Source of the DNA: Octopus vulgaris
Lineage: Eukaryota
Direction: 5' to 3'
DNA: 64,000 nt
Assembly (NCBI GenBank): GCA_951406725.2
Contig: OX597828.1
Coordinates: 40,300,001 to 40,364,000 of the forward strand
Part shown: piece after piece, positions 23,751 to 36,689 of the stretch
Position numbering within the stretch: position 1 is the stretch's first letter
How the letters are laid out: every line of letters starts with the position of its first letter
Made by a program: the position numbers and the translations under genes
Notes under the pieces: model-generated
Database searches by the model: none
What the model saw: the letters and a program-made list of their open reading frames with translations, nothing else
Told to the model about the DNA's origin: nothing

Positions 23751-24219
23751 GGATAGACATTTTGAGGGGAGGCATGGACAGACTCATCAATGCCAATATT
23801 AAATCGACCCTGGAGGGATGAAAGGACACATTGACCATGGCAGTATTTAAATATAAAGCAAAGAACCAAAAGGGATACCATAACCACTGTTCCTTCTCAT
23901 TTCTTTTCGCACTGAGAGGATACAGAAATTTGCATTAAGTGCAAATTTTATCTTTTTTTTTTTTGTTGTTTTTGCAGAATATGTATGCAACAGAGAGAGT
24001 AACATTCTCTCAAATTTCTTTGATTAATAAAAATCAACCCAAAACCTTGTATGTGCATGTTTTTTTTTTCCCCCATCCCCAGTTATAGAACAAGAGTGGA
24101 TACACAAGTGCACAGTTGAGAGGGAACACTGACCAATCACAAAGCCTTTTTCCAATGCTCTAATGATTCTGCCCACCCAGCAGCCTTGCCAATCCACTGC
24201 CCTGCAAAGATAATAACAA

Positions 24220-24735
24220 TAACCCTTTCCATTACAGGCCTGAAATTTTTTGGTAAGGGGGGGGGGGGTCTAAGTCGATTACATTAACCCCAGTGCTCGA
24301 CTGGTACATATTTCGTTGACCCCAAAATGATGGAAGGCAAGGTCAACTTTGGCAGCATTTGAACTCAACACCTAATGACATGAAATGCCACAAAGCATTT
24401 TCTCTGATATGCTAACAATTCTTCCAGCTTGCTACCTTATAATAATAATAATGGTCTTTGCTTTAGGCAGAAGGTCAGTGATTCTTAGGGGAGGGAGGGT
24501 TTAGTCAATACCATCAACCCCAGCATTTTGACTGAAACCTTATTTTATTGACACCGAAAGAATGAAAGACAAAATTTACCTTAGCAAGATTTGAACTCAG
24601 AAATGTAAAGAGCTGTAATGAATATAGCAAAACATTTTCAATATCTATTGCAGCTCTTTATGTTCTGAATCAAATACTGCCAAGGTCAACTTTGCTTTTC
24701 ATCTCCCTGGGGTTAATATAATAAGGCTCCAGTTT
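24220..24735. mobile_element. Cluster of family B SINEs including a head-to-head fold-back
   Basis: Two minus-strand copies then a plus-strand copy; 24530-24619 is an imperfect inverted repeat of 24646-24735. Confidence 0.7.
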
Positions 24736-26009
24736 TGTGTCTAGATCAAAAATGATGATGATGGCGATAATTCTTGTTGGAATATTATCTAAGTATGACC
24801 TAATTAAAGCCAGCTAATTAAAATAGTTGTAGCATGCAGAAGACAACTAGAATTTAATATGAAACATGTAGAAAAAAACTTATATTGGAATTTCTTTTTT
24901 AAACATTGCATGCAGAAGTTTAACAGAGAAAATAAAGGAAAAAATTTATTTTTAAATAACATTAAAAAATATCACAAAATTGTTTCAAACAATTCATTAA
25001 ACATATGTTCAAACAATAATAAAATTGTTAGGGATGCAGGAAGGCACAGGACCGTCCAAAAGTTCAAATACAACCACCTAATCTGGCCTACACTATTTTG
25101 TTCCAATGCACACACACACATAAAAAAAAAAGTAAGCAACAAAATATATATATAGGATAGATGCCCAAACAAGGCAGGGGGAAATATGCCAACCAAATGC
25201 AAAATGAAGCACAGAGGGTAGGAGGAAAAAACGTGGTGGTGGTGGTGGGAGAAATGAGCACAAAGCATGCAGGTCTCAAATTTCGAGACAAACAAAACAA
25301 GGGAGTGCTTGAATGAAGGAGGATAAGAGTTTCCAGGAAGAAAAACAAAGGGTTGCAACAGAACTATTAGCAATGAACCAGTTTACCCATTAGCCACAAC
25401 AGAAAGGATAATTTATGTTATATTAAGAGAACCCAGGTAAGATAGGGAAAAGAAAAACAAGATAAAAAAAAAAAGAAAACCTAGTATAACCTCTAGCATG
25501 AACCAGTGTTTGGATCCTCACGTTCATGGTTTGAAACAGAGGATTCCTAGACAACTATATTCTTGAATGATTCTGCACATATCTCTAATAAATAGGTTAA
25601 CTGAGGCAATGTAAAATAAAACATCTTGCCTCCAAGATACAATGAAATGTTTGAAGGTGATTTGAACTTATGACCTTTGAGCAACTGGTACAATTCTTTA
25701 TCCATTTGGTAATTCTATCTTTATAGGAAAGAAATTTAGTTTTCTTTGAATGTCTCAGAAAAGTAGTTACATCTGGCTAGGTCAATTATAAATTTGTTGA
25801 ACTAAGCCCATGGCTAGTGTGTGTGGTCAAAAGCCCCAACATTCAACAGTAGTAGCACAGGGCAGTCAAATATTTTACTTAACTCATGGTACTAAGTTCA
25901 AGCCCTCATAAGGAGCATTGTCTTATGACAGAGGGGCACAGTCAGTAGCAGCCATCTTTAAATTAATTTTATCATCACCATGTTGATGTGAACCCAGTAT
26001 GAATTAATC

Positions 26010-26040
<31 letters not shown>

Positions 26041-26904
26041 ACAGATTGCTCTTACTAAAGAGCATATAAGTTCTAAAGCAGACAGAGCTGCAGGTTCAAT
26101 CTTAGGCTACAGTGAAATCTTACTTTGACAATCTGTGAGATTGTCTTTTAATGTATGCGTGGCTGTTGAAACTGTCAGCTATGAAACTTAGGTAGAACAT
26201 TCTAATGGTCAGTCATAGGTTTTTTCATTCAGTTTAAATATGTTCTTTCCAAGGTAGTGTATTCCATGTTAAATGTGCATTCACATACCATTAATGGTAC
26301 TTCAGGAATATTTTCCTTCATATGCAACCTGTATTGAAGCAACACTGAGTGTGTGGTTATAAAATGCACTGAAGGAAAATACAAAATCTATCAAGTCAGT
26401 AACTCAGATACATTCCCAACAGTAACATGAAATATATTTTCGTGTAAAGTTTCTTTAAATTTATATCAAATTCTACTCTTGTTGTCGTCTTTAAATTGAA
26501 TTTCATACTGGAAAAGTTAACTGGCAAATTTAGTTGATTGTGGTAATGGAGAATTCTTTCAAGGGAAATAACTTGTCTTCTTCCACAACAGATTCAAAGT
26601 TTGTGCTAGATTTATACGTATTTAAACTAGGCCTTTTGAATTGAAACAGTTCATCATTTTAAACTAATTCTAAAACAAAGGAAAAGAAAAAGTACTAATA
26701 AAAGACATAATTTGATTCAGTCTACCTTGTTCATTGCTTACCATGTTAATAAGTTATATGGCAAACAACTATAGCACTACGAGATAAATTGAAAACAAGA
26801 ACTGTATATATAGAGAGCAGGCTGCATCAGACAGAACTAGCCAACTGGCACAATGTTAAGAGTATTGAAACATGAAGGCAATAACAGCGGAACTTATGTC
26901 ATAC

Positions 26905-26962
26905 CCCTCTTCTGTATTCTGAGACACATTTGGGACATTTCTGTGACCACAAGTAGGGGAAA
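26905..26962 (-). CDS. Candidate alternative exon (58 nt, phase 1 to 2): (V)SPTCGHRNVPNVSQNTEE(G)
   Basis: Very strong acceptor (ttctaat...tttttgttcttttag|) after a ~90-nt U-rich tract; donor gg|gtatga; open in the MICAL frame. Confidence 0.45.
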
Positions 26963-28635
26963 CTAAAAGAACAAAAATTATTAGAAAATACAAACACACA
27001 CAAAGAACAAAACAAAACAAAAAATAAAGCAACAGAAGGCAGAAATACAAATGTGAAGGGATTCAAGTAACAAATGACTCGTGTGTGATTTTATTACATA
27101 GAAGTGTTTCCATATTATTTACTTGAGTGCTAATAGTAGCAATAGAGTGAAGAAAAGTGGTTGTGATTATTGCTCTATGGAAAGGCATAAGCATCACAAT
27201 TTTCTATTTCCTTTCTCAAAAACATTGATTTTCTAACTATGCAGGAAAAATTTCTGAAGAGGATCACAATGTTGATTGATATTATATATCTGTTACAGCC
27301 TCCACATGACTGTTTCCACAGGTCATTAGGTACACCGGTCAACTGATGCTACCAACTTCATCTCCAAGACATGGCTTGATCCCAATAGTAGTGCAAGCTA
27401 ACAAAACATTCATCAAGTATTCAACATCTCCCCCATGGCACCTATTTACAGCTAGATTTACTGTGTAGCATTTGTGACAAGGCTACACCACAAATGTAAG
27501 CTAGTGGCTCAACCAGAGCCCTTGAGGCTCAGCCACTAGGGTCTCTACATTTTAGGGTGCATCCCTTGATGTAAATTCTTCAGAAGTTTTGTGAAAAGAT
27601 GAGATTCTAAAATTATTAGAGTCTTCTGAAACATCATCAAAAAATTACAAGGATGGGGAAGAGGGCAAGAGAGAGAATAACCAGAGAGAGAGAGAGAAAA
27701 AAAAGGACTTGTTGGCAAATAGCTAAACTCTCTGGAAAAAGGCAACTTGACTGGAAGTTTATATGGGGCTGAGAAAAGAAATCCCTCTCATGCCTTAATA
27801 CCACAGTAATACATGGATATGGATAAATAATGTGTACTCACATTATCTCTTTTAACCACATGGGTAGCATAAGCTTGCAATATCTACATATGGATAGATA
27901 ATATGGGCTCACAATATCTATTTATATACCACATATGTTGATAATATGGGTTAATATTACATGAGAAAACAAAGACTCATTGTCTACTTATATTACACGG
28001 ATGTATAGTACAGGTTAATATTACCTGTATATCCTGTATGGGTAGATAATAAGAGCACACGTACAAATAATGCAAACTCCCTATTATCTACCCAAGCTAC
28101 ATGAACATAATACCGTCTGAGTTTTGTTATCTGTTGCAAACAATCACTTCTCTTTCTCTCTCTCTCAGTAATATTAACATTCATTATGAAATGCTTTCCT
28201 ATTTTATAACAAATATTTTACACAATTTACTGTTTTTACGTCTTCCAGGAACTTCCATTTTTTTAATCTTTCTTTTGAAGACGTGAATAGGAACTGAACA
28301 CCTGCCTCAAATACCCACCACACACATACAGTGGGTGTATTAAGCTTTGATATTGAACAAGAAACCAAAGTATACAAAAAGTTTTTTTTTTAATATAAAA
28401 ACCAGATGTATTCACATGTTTTATTTTAGGAATCTCTTGAAAAACCTTTTGCTGAATACTGTAGTAAAATTTACTTTAATATTTTATAGCAATTCCAGAC
28501 ATGTTTCAGAAACTCTCTCAAGCAGTTGCAAATATGAGTTCTTTCAAGAAAAAAGAAAATGACAGAAGATATATTATTAGAATATCAGAAACAACTATGT
28601 CTGAAATTATAAACAAATAATTGATTCCAACTTAC

Positions 28636-28712
28636 CATCATCTGTTGTCATTTTGTTCCTTAACTCAGTTTCAAGACGTGCCTGCCGATCTTCTAACTCT
28701 AATTCTTTAGCT
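28636..28712 (-). CDS. Mical: MICAL-family bMERB exon (77 nt, phase 2 to 1): AKELELEDRQARLETELRNKMTTDD
   Basis: Acceptor ttcttttctgcag|, donor atg|gtaagt; resembles MICAL3 ARELELEDRQSRLQQELRERM (recalled); in frame with both neighbours. Confidence 0.93.
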
Positions 28713-29679
28713 CTGCAGAAAAGAATTAGAATAGACTTAAATATGTAACTATGATATCCTATATCCACCTGAATATATCAAGAACATATGGCTACAGCTT
28801 AAGAATATAAACAAACATTTTCAGATATTCTTGGAATTAATACAATCTGAAAGCAAACATATAAGTAAAATAAAAATAAAGAGTGATGATGGCTAGAAGT
28901 ACATGCACTAAAACCACAGAATCACACATAAAACAAGAGAAAAGTGAACATTAAGAGAATCCTACACTGCATGGAAGTGAATAACTTTCAAGAACCAACT
29001 CATAGATACAGTTTATCAAACTTTTATTCAAATTTTAAAGATATATATTTATTTTTGTCTATTACAAGTGCATTATCTCCTTAAAAAGGTGCTTCAGAGA
29101 ACCCCTACCACCAACTCTTGAAACTTCTTTACTCAGAGTGTATCATCCCTTTGCAACACCAACCCTTTACTGGCAAACCACGTCTTTCTTAATACACACA
29201 AGAGACAATCAATATCTTTCTTTGATTTTTCACTTGATATCTGAATGATTGATTTGTCCTCTAAATTCACTTTGAACATCTAAAAGTCTACACTTCAATT
29301 ATTTCCATCCAACCATTGCAGACTTTGTGTGTTTAATGAGAAGAACCATCATTTAACATCTGTGTTCCATGCTATAGAAATGGGTTGGATGGTACCATAA
29401 AAGCCAGCCAAGCCGAAGCCTGCACCAGACTTCTGTGACTGTTTTGGCAGGATTTTTACAGTTGGATGCCCTTCCTAACACCAACCACTCAGCAGAGTGG
29501 ACTTAGTGCTTTTTACGTGGGACAAGCACAAGTGAGGTTATTGCATACAGTGCTCAGGTAGACTATGATTCATCAGAAAATGTTAGAAGTGGGGATCCAA
29601 AGCAGATATATAAGTCAAACAGACAAAGGAAAAACAAAAACCTGCCACCCCATCACTTATGGCAATGAGCTTTCCAACT

Positions 29680-29950
29680 GACCCAATCAAAGGAACAGCC
29701 TGCTTGTAAAACTAGCATGCAAGTGGCTGAACACTCCACAAACATGCATTCCCTTATTGCGGTTCTCAGGGAGATTCAACATGACAAGGCTGGCTCTTTT
29801 TGAAATACAGGTACAACTCATTCTTGCCAGATGAGTAGACTGAAGCAGCATGAAATAAGTGTCTTGCTCAAGGACACAAAGCACGACTAGGAACTGAACT
29901 CACAATGTTATGATTGTTAGCTGGATAGCCCCTAATCGCTAAGCCATGTT
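29680..29950 (-). mobile_element. SINE family D
   Basis: Reverse complement of 55096-55418. Confidence 0.75.
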
Positions 29951-30019
29951 CCTTTACTAATCAAATAGTAAAAGATAGCACTGAAAGCTGCAAGTATATG
30001 CACAGAACAAAAATATGGT

Positions 30020-30590
30020 AGAAAGGTGAACATTAAGAGAGTCATAAGAAGTGCATTGGCACATCAGGAGGAGTGTTAGCAAATTTTGTGGAGCATGGAA
30101 TGTTTAAGAACGGATAGCATGGTACCATAGGCTGCAGGTGGCAAGCCCGCTACACATGCAAAACTCCAGAGACTCTAACAAAACCTGTGATAAAGAGAAA
30201 TAATTGTTATATAGTTGATGTTGCATACTTCTTTGACCCACGAATAGTCAAGAAGGAGGTGAAAGGATAGATAAATACAACCCTATTAAGTACGAAATAG
30301 CTTGGCTATGGAAAATGAAGAAGGCAAAGATAGTGCCAATTATTGTTGGTTCCTTGAGGATAGTATTCGAAGGCATCAAGAGGAATATAAAGGAAATCGG
30401 AATAGAGTGCCCAGTAGAACTGTTACAAAAGGCTTGTCTCCTTGGCATGGCCAAATTATCAAGAAAGTATTAGACAGTTGAATAGAACAAACAGCAGGGT
30501 ACCGTAGGCTGCAGGCAGCAAGCCCGCTACGCATGCAAGACTCCAAAAGTTCCAACAAAACCTGGGTTAAAAAGAATAAATAATAATAAC
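30020..30590 (+). mobile_element. Two tandem 3' fragments of a restriction-like-endonuclease non-LTR retrotransposon (R4/Dong-like)
   Basis: Translation IVDVAYFFDPRIVKKEVERIDKY...LWKMKKAKIVPIIVGSL...LLQKACLLGMAKLSRKVLDS*; 3'UTR duplicated (30121-30200 and 30498-30575); (TAA)n tail. Confidence 0.75.
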
Positions 30591-30646
30591 AGTGTTGACA
30601 ACTAATGTGATGACAATGACAGCAGAATGAAGTAAAAGACACTTAC

Positions 30647-30743
30647 TGCACCATAAGTTCAGATTCATAACGAAGTAAAACGTTCTTCTCGTGTACAAGA
30701 TTGAACCATTCTTGCATGAGTTCACCCTCGTTTCGACCAGCTT
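30647..30743 (-). CDS. Mical: MICAL-family bMERB domain exon (97 nt, phase 1 to 2): (E)AGRNEGELMQEWFNLVHEKNVLLRYESELMV(Q)
   Basis: Acceptor ttcctacag| after a long pyrimidine tract; donor ca|gtaagt. Translation matches the LMQEWFxLVxEKNxxxRYESELM motif recalled for MICAL3/Mical bMERB. Phase matches the next exon. Confidence 0.93.
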
Positions 30744-30759
30744 CTGTAGGAATAAAAGG

Positions 30760-31680
30760 GAGAGACAGATATAGACATAGGGAGAGAGAGGAAGAGAGAG
30801 AGAGAGAATGTCTAAAAAAAATAGTTGAGAGAGAGAGACAGACAAAAAGACAGACCGTGAGAGAGAGATGGAGATGAAGAAATGTTTAGAGCGAGGGTGA
30901 GAGATGCATGTCAATGGTTATAAATAGATTAATAGCAACATATACATGAGGTTTATAGACCCAAGTGAAGAGCGTTCCTTCCTACAGTAATTAATGGAAC
31001 TCTAGTTAAAGGATCTTCACAGTGGACAAAAACAACAAAAGAAAATATTTTTGATTATAAATTCATTAATTAATGATTTCTTTAAAGGTGTTGCCTTAAT
31101 GAAATGGGGCTAAATATTTTGCCCACGGGATGCAATCCAAATCAGTACCTGCAATAGAATATGAACTCATGACCAATGCACCTATCAACCAGTGTGGTGG
31201 CCATCGGTTCTGTCACTTCTATAAAGTGATGATATGATAATATTCAGACACACATGTGATGATATTATTAATAAAAGATGTAGATAAAATGAGAAAAGAG
31301 AGAAAAAGATTGGAGGTGGATAGAGTTAGAGGCAAATGAAAGCAGAGAAAGAGAGAGTGAGTTATATAGATGAGAGAGAGAGATAGTGAGAGAAAGTTAC
31401 ATAGATAAGTGGAGAGAGAGAAAGTTATATGGATATGTGGAGAGAGAGATAGAAAGTGATTACACAGGTATATGAAGAGAGAGAGACAGAGAGTGAGAGA
31501 AAGAGAGAGAGAGAGAGAAAGAGACAAAGTGAGAGAGAGACAGAGAGTGAGAGAGACAGATAGATATGTGGAGAGAGAGAGTAAGTTACATTGCTAAATG
31601 GAGAGAGAGAGAGAGAGAAAGAGCAATACAGAGGGAGAAAGACACATGGGTAAGGGAGAGACAGAAGAGATGAAATGAAG
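30760..31680. repeat. Degenerate (GA)n low-complexity tracts
   Basis: Visible at 30760-30905 and 31290-31680; pyrimidine-rich on the MICAL strand just upstream of the exon at 30743. Confidence 0.85.
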
Positions 31681-31959
31681 GCGAATTCAATGCGTTTAGC
31701 ATTCACACCAATTCTATCCAGCTTAAATATTCCATCTGTTAACATTCAGAGTGGCCAGATCCAGCCTCTCACACCAAACCTTACTGTGTCATTCTAAAAA
31801 TAAAACAATCACATGATTGAAATCTTGAAGCTATGATTAATTCAAAACAGTGTGAATAAATAAGCTTTACGTTTGGCAGAACAACCCGAAAGCTAAAGGG
31901 TTTAAACAGTATGTGATGGTGTAGCAATAATTATTTATAACAATAGCAATAATTATTTA

Positions 31960-32391
31960 TGCACCAGGCTCCAGTCTTATTGCCAGATAAGACTGGAGCC
32001 TGGTGCAGCCTTCTGGCTTCCCAGATCCCCGGTCGAACCGTCCAACCCATGCTAGCATGGAGAACGGATGTTAAATGATGATGATGATGATGATGAACAC
32101 AGACTCGAGGCCACAAATTTTGGGAGTGGAGAACAGTCCAATTGCTCTGACTCCAATCAATGTACTTTATTTTGGTATTGGTATTTCATTTCATAAAGTC
32201 ATACTAGTAATTAATAGGCCAAAAACCTTTATGGACGTGCTATTATCATTATTATTAGTAGTGAGAGAGAATTAGACTTGGACATTTATTGAAAGGTGGG
32301 GAAAGAATCACCACATTTTTTTTTTTTTTTTTGCTTGCATTTTTTCATTCATTTTTTATTTGGTAAATCCTGATTCAGGTACTTTGAATTC

Positions 32392-32431
<40 letters not shown>

Positions 32432-32701
32432 TCATCATCGTTTAGCATCCGCTTTCCATGCTAGCATGGGTTGGACGGTTCAACTGGGGTCTGGGAAGCC
32501 AGAAGGCTGCACCAGGCCCAGTCTGATCTGGCAGTGTTTCTACGGCTGGATGGATGCCCTTCCTAATGCCAACCACTCCGTTAGTGTAGTGGATGCTTTT
32601 TACGTGCCACCGGCACAGGTGCCAGACGAGGCTGGCAAACGGCCATGATCGGATGGTGCTTTTTATGTGCCACCGGCACGGGGGCCCGGCGAGACTGGCA
32701 A
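31960..32701. mobile_element. Inverted pair of family C elements (31981-32096 plus; 32429-32701 minus)
   Basis: Complementary 3' ends about 330 nt apart; the first copy has a 21-bp inversion at its truncated 5' end. Confidence 0.85.
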
Positions 32702-32772
32702 ATATATATATATATTGTGTATGTGTGTGTGCGTGTGTGTGTGCACATGTACAGTCAAGACAATTAAACATA

Positions 32773-32953
32773 TGAGAAGTGGTGAAAAGTTCCTGGCTTT
32801 AAGGGTATCGAGAAAGGCCTGGTTGGAGGACCAACCTTCCAAATTCTTTAACAGAGCTTAGAAAAACTGAAGGACTGCTGGATAAAATCAGAGCTAACTG
32901 ATCCTCCTGTATTTACTTTTAGCCAAAACCAGGAACTTTTCAGCACCCCCTCA
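32773..32953. mobile_element. Tc1/mariner-like MITE
   Basis: TA flanks; terminal repeats tgaaaagttcctgg / ccaggaacttttca. Confidence 0.85.
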
Positions 32954-33123
32954 TAGAAACTAATATTTCATACAGATCTACCCTACTACTATTTTTATAA
33001 ACTATACTCTAAACAGGCAATAGATCCAAAGCCTGTCTAAGAAAGGTTCATAGGTTTAGTTATATAAAGACAGACATTATATAAATTCCTTTATGAGTTT
33101 ATTAGCTTCAGCCCACAAGCTGA

Positions 33124-33162
<39 letters not shown>

Positions 33163-33336
33163 GGTGTGTATGTGTGATGGCAGGGGCAAGGTTCTTACAA
33201 TTAAACATACTAATAACCATTCTTTATCAAAAAGAAAGAACAATGTTGAACCATTGACTTCAGTGAGAGGCCAGCAGCATGTTAACACAATTTCAACTAT
33301 TATTTGAGAAAAATCACACACTATTATATTATATTA

Positions 33337-33387
<51 letters not shown>

Positions 33388-33760
33388 TATTTATAAAAGT
33401 TTTACTAACAAGAACATTTTTATTATTATTATTATCTTTTTTTATTATGTTTAGCTTTTGCTTTGTATTTGTACAAGTTGACTCCAAGTCTCACCCAGAG
33501 ACCTTAGGAGACAACAAGTTAGAAGTTCAAGTTGGTGTTATGACTAGGGGTGCCACATTTTTGGTTTTGCACAAAGTATTGTTCTAGAGAATGTCTGTCA
33601 AAACATATGAAAATTAGAAGTTTGTTTTAAAAGTAATTTGATTATAAGATGATAGTGTGATGTTAAGAGGTGACAGTAAAAGGTGTCAGCTATTATGTAC
33701 ATCTAAAAATACTTTTGACAATATTTACAGATTAAAATGTTTTGGGGCTTACATAGACAA

Positions 33761-33796
<36 letters not shown>

Positions 33797-33804
<8 letters not shown>

Positions 33805-34150
33805 TCTGCCTTAATGAAGATGGAGGTATTGTTTTCAGTTGCGTTTGTTTGTTTGTCTATGGACAAGATATCTCAAGAACAGCTGGATGGATTTGGATGA
33901 AATGTTCAGGGACGTTTGGCCTCGTGACTGGCATGAACTGATTAAATTTTGGGACTGATTGGGCACTGGAATATTTTTGGTTTTTTTTTTTTACTTAATT
34001 TCTGAGAGCAGTCATGTTCATTTTTAGTATTCTCGTTTGTGAGAGCAGTCGAGTTTATTTCAGATATTCTCATTTTAAAAATCATCTCCGGCTAATCGTT
34101 GAGAGAACATTGATGTTGCCTTGGCAGAAGTTTGCGCTCCCTGAGCGCTA
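33797..34150 (+). mobile_element. Helentron-associated (DINE-1/HINE-like) element
   Basis: Subterminal inverted repeat acctctgcc / ggcagaagt, (GTTT)n core, 3' stem-loop gcgctc...gagcgc; inserted in (TTA)n. Confidence 0.75.
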
Positions 34151-34654
34151 TTATTATTTTCTTTCTTGTTAATAAAGCTTTCACTTTATCACTGCATCAA
34201 CATACAACTGTATTGCCATACTTATATCACCAAACCAATATATAACTGTAACACTAACCATTATACAGTCAATCCCCATTGCCAAGATGATGAATGAATA
34301 ACTACCTGCACCAAGTCATTTTTAAGCTGGAACGGTATTATTTGAAGGTAGTAAGATGTGAACCCTTTAGCATTCAGATTGCTCTTTGAAATGCAAAGTT
34401 TACGTATTTACATAATTCTGAATTAATCATGTTTATAGCCTCATGGCTTCAAGATTTCCATGATGTGATTGTTTATTTTTAAAGTGACATTGTAGGGTAG
34501 ATCTGATAGTCTGGATCTATCCAGGCTGAACATAAAACAAGTAGAATATTTTGGGGAGTTATCGCTGGTTTAAATGCTTTTTTTTTTTTTTTGCCTGCTA
34601 TTCTATCAATTCTGCCGATTCTCTACCTTATAATAATAATAATAATAATAATAA

Positions 34655-35265
34655 TGCTTCCTAGTGGAAGCACAAGGCCTCAAATTTTGGGGAAAGGATT
34701 AAGTCGATTACATCGACCCAAAAGTGCATATACTTAATTTATCGACCCCAAAGCAATGAAAGGAAAAGTCAACCTTGGCAGAATTTGAACTCAGAATGTA
34801 AAGACAGATGAAATGTTGCTAAACATTTTACCTGGTATGCTAACGATTCTGCCAGGCGAAATTCTTAGTGGTATTTCGTCCGTCTTTACGTTCTGAGTTC
34901 AAATTCCACCAAAGTCGAATCTGCATTTCATCCCTTCGGGGTCGGTAAATTAAGTACCAGTTGTGTACTAGGGTCGATCTAATCGACTGGTCCCCGCCTC
35001 CCCAAAAATTTCAGGCCTTGTGCCTGGAGTAGAAAAGAATAATTGTAATAATAACAATTCTTTCTATGAAAGGCACAAGGCTTGAAATTTTGTGGGAGGG
35101 GACTAGTCATTCATATTGACCCCAGTGTTTCACTGGTATTTAATTTATTGACCCCAAAAGGATGAAAGGCATAGCCAACCTCGGTGGAATTTGAACTCAG
35201 AATGTAAGGACGGACAAAATACCACATTTTGTCTGACGTGCTAACGATTCTGCCAGCTTGCCGCC

Positions 35266-35304
<39 letters not shown>

Positions 35305-35316
35305 GTAATAATAATA

Positions 35317-35351
<35 letters not shown>

Positions 35352-35570
35352 TTCTACAATAGGTATGAGGCCTGAAATTTTAGGGAGAGGGGCTTAATTG
35401 ATTACATTGACCCCAGGACTTGGATAGTACTTTATTTCATCAACGCTGAAAGATGAAGGGCTAAGCTGACCCCAGCTGTATTCACACTCAGAACAAAGAG
35501 AGCCAGAAGAACTGCCACTGAGCATTTTGTCTGGTGCTCAAATGGTTCCGCCACTTTCCCCACCTTTACA
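34655..35570. mobile_element. Cluster of four family B SINEs in mixed orientation around (AAT)n
   Basis: Minus ~34655-34855, plus ~34858-35045, minus ~35060-35268, minus ~35355-35570. Confidence 0.8.
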
Positions 35571-36668
35571 ATAACAACAGCTACAACAACAACAAATGGT
35601 TATAGGCAAGTTCAGTCTTCATGTGTTAATAAGTGTTTCATATCTATATTACAACAAAGAGAAGAAATACAACATAACATCGATATTTACAGAACAACAA
35701 CGTCAATATGGAACAACTAAAACAGGGGTATCTGATAAAACAAACAACAATGATGGCAACAACAGAAATGCTAACAACACAAAACAAGCGAGCAAAACAG
35801 AAATAAGGACCTCAACTGGTCGATAATCCCATCAGGACAACAACAACAAAAAAAAAAGGGGGAAGAGAGGAGGAAACCTGTTTATGTATATGAATGATTA
35901 GAATGGTATTGAGTGAAACTGATTGAGGAATTTCACTGTAACAATTCACTGGAACCAACAACAACAACAACAAGAGTTCAAAGGGTCCAGAACTGCCCAG
36001 TTATATGTACCACAACCACAATATGAGAAGAAACAAACAGAAAGATTGAGACTATTAACAAAACATATGAAGGAAGTGGGTATTGATGAGTAATTTGTGT
36101 GATTATTAATTATTTCTTTATTTACATATTTTTTTTGAAATTAAATGATTATGCAAAAAAAAAAAAAGAAAAAAGAAATTAGTAGAAAGCAGATGTTTGG
36201 AACTAGGTACAAATTGTGCAAAAGGGCTGAGGTAACCCTGTATTATTTGCAAAATTCATTTAATGTCTACAGCACAATGCTAAAGTTGTAAAAGCCAAAA
36301 TATTGAAGTCTTTTTCATAAAGATCATTAAGTTTGTTTAATGTATTACAACACACACACACAATCACTTCTCAATTTGCTGATGTATAGAGTGGATACAA
36401 AGACTAACTGAACACACACATATATATACATACACACACACACATATATACACACACACACATCTATATATACACATACATACATTAATAAAAACAGACA
36501 TATATATAAATATATTTGCAAATAGTAAGGGATTACTCCAAACATTTACTCGTTTGCTCTCAGGTGTATATATATATATATAAAAAGAATGAAAGGCAAT
36601 GCTACACCAGTTAGTAATAATCCTTATTATAATTGCTGTTGACATATATAAATATATAGAATATTTAC

Positions 36669-36689
36669 CTTACATAATCTTACACATTT
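36669..36689 (-). CDS. Candidate 21-nt microexon: (E)MCKIM* (CaaX then stop)
   Basis: ttcaaTGCactcttatattag|aaatgtgtaagattatgtaag|gtaaat; read in phase 1 as this intron requires. Confidence 0.4.
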
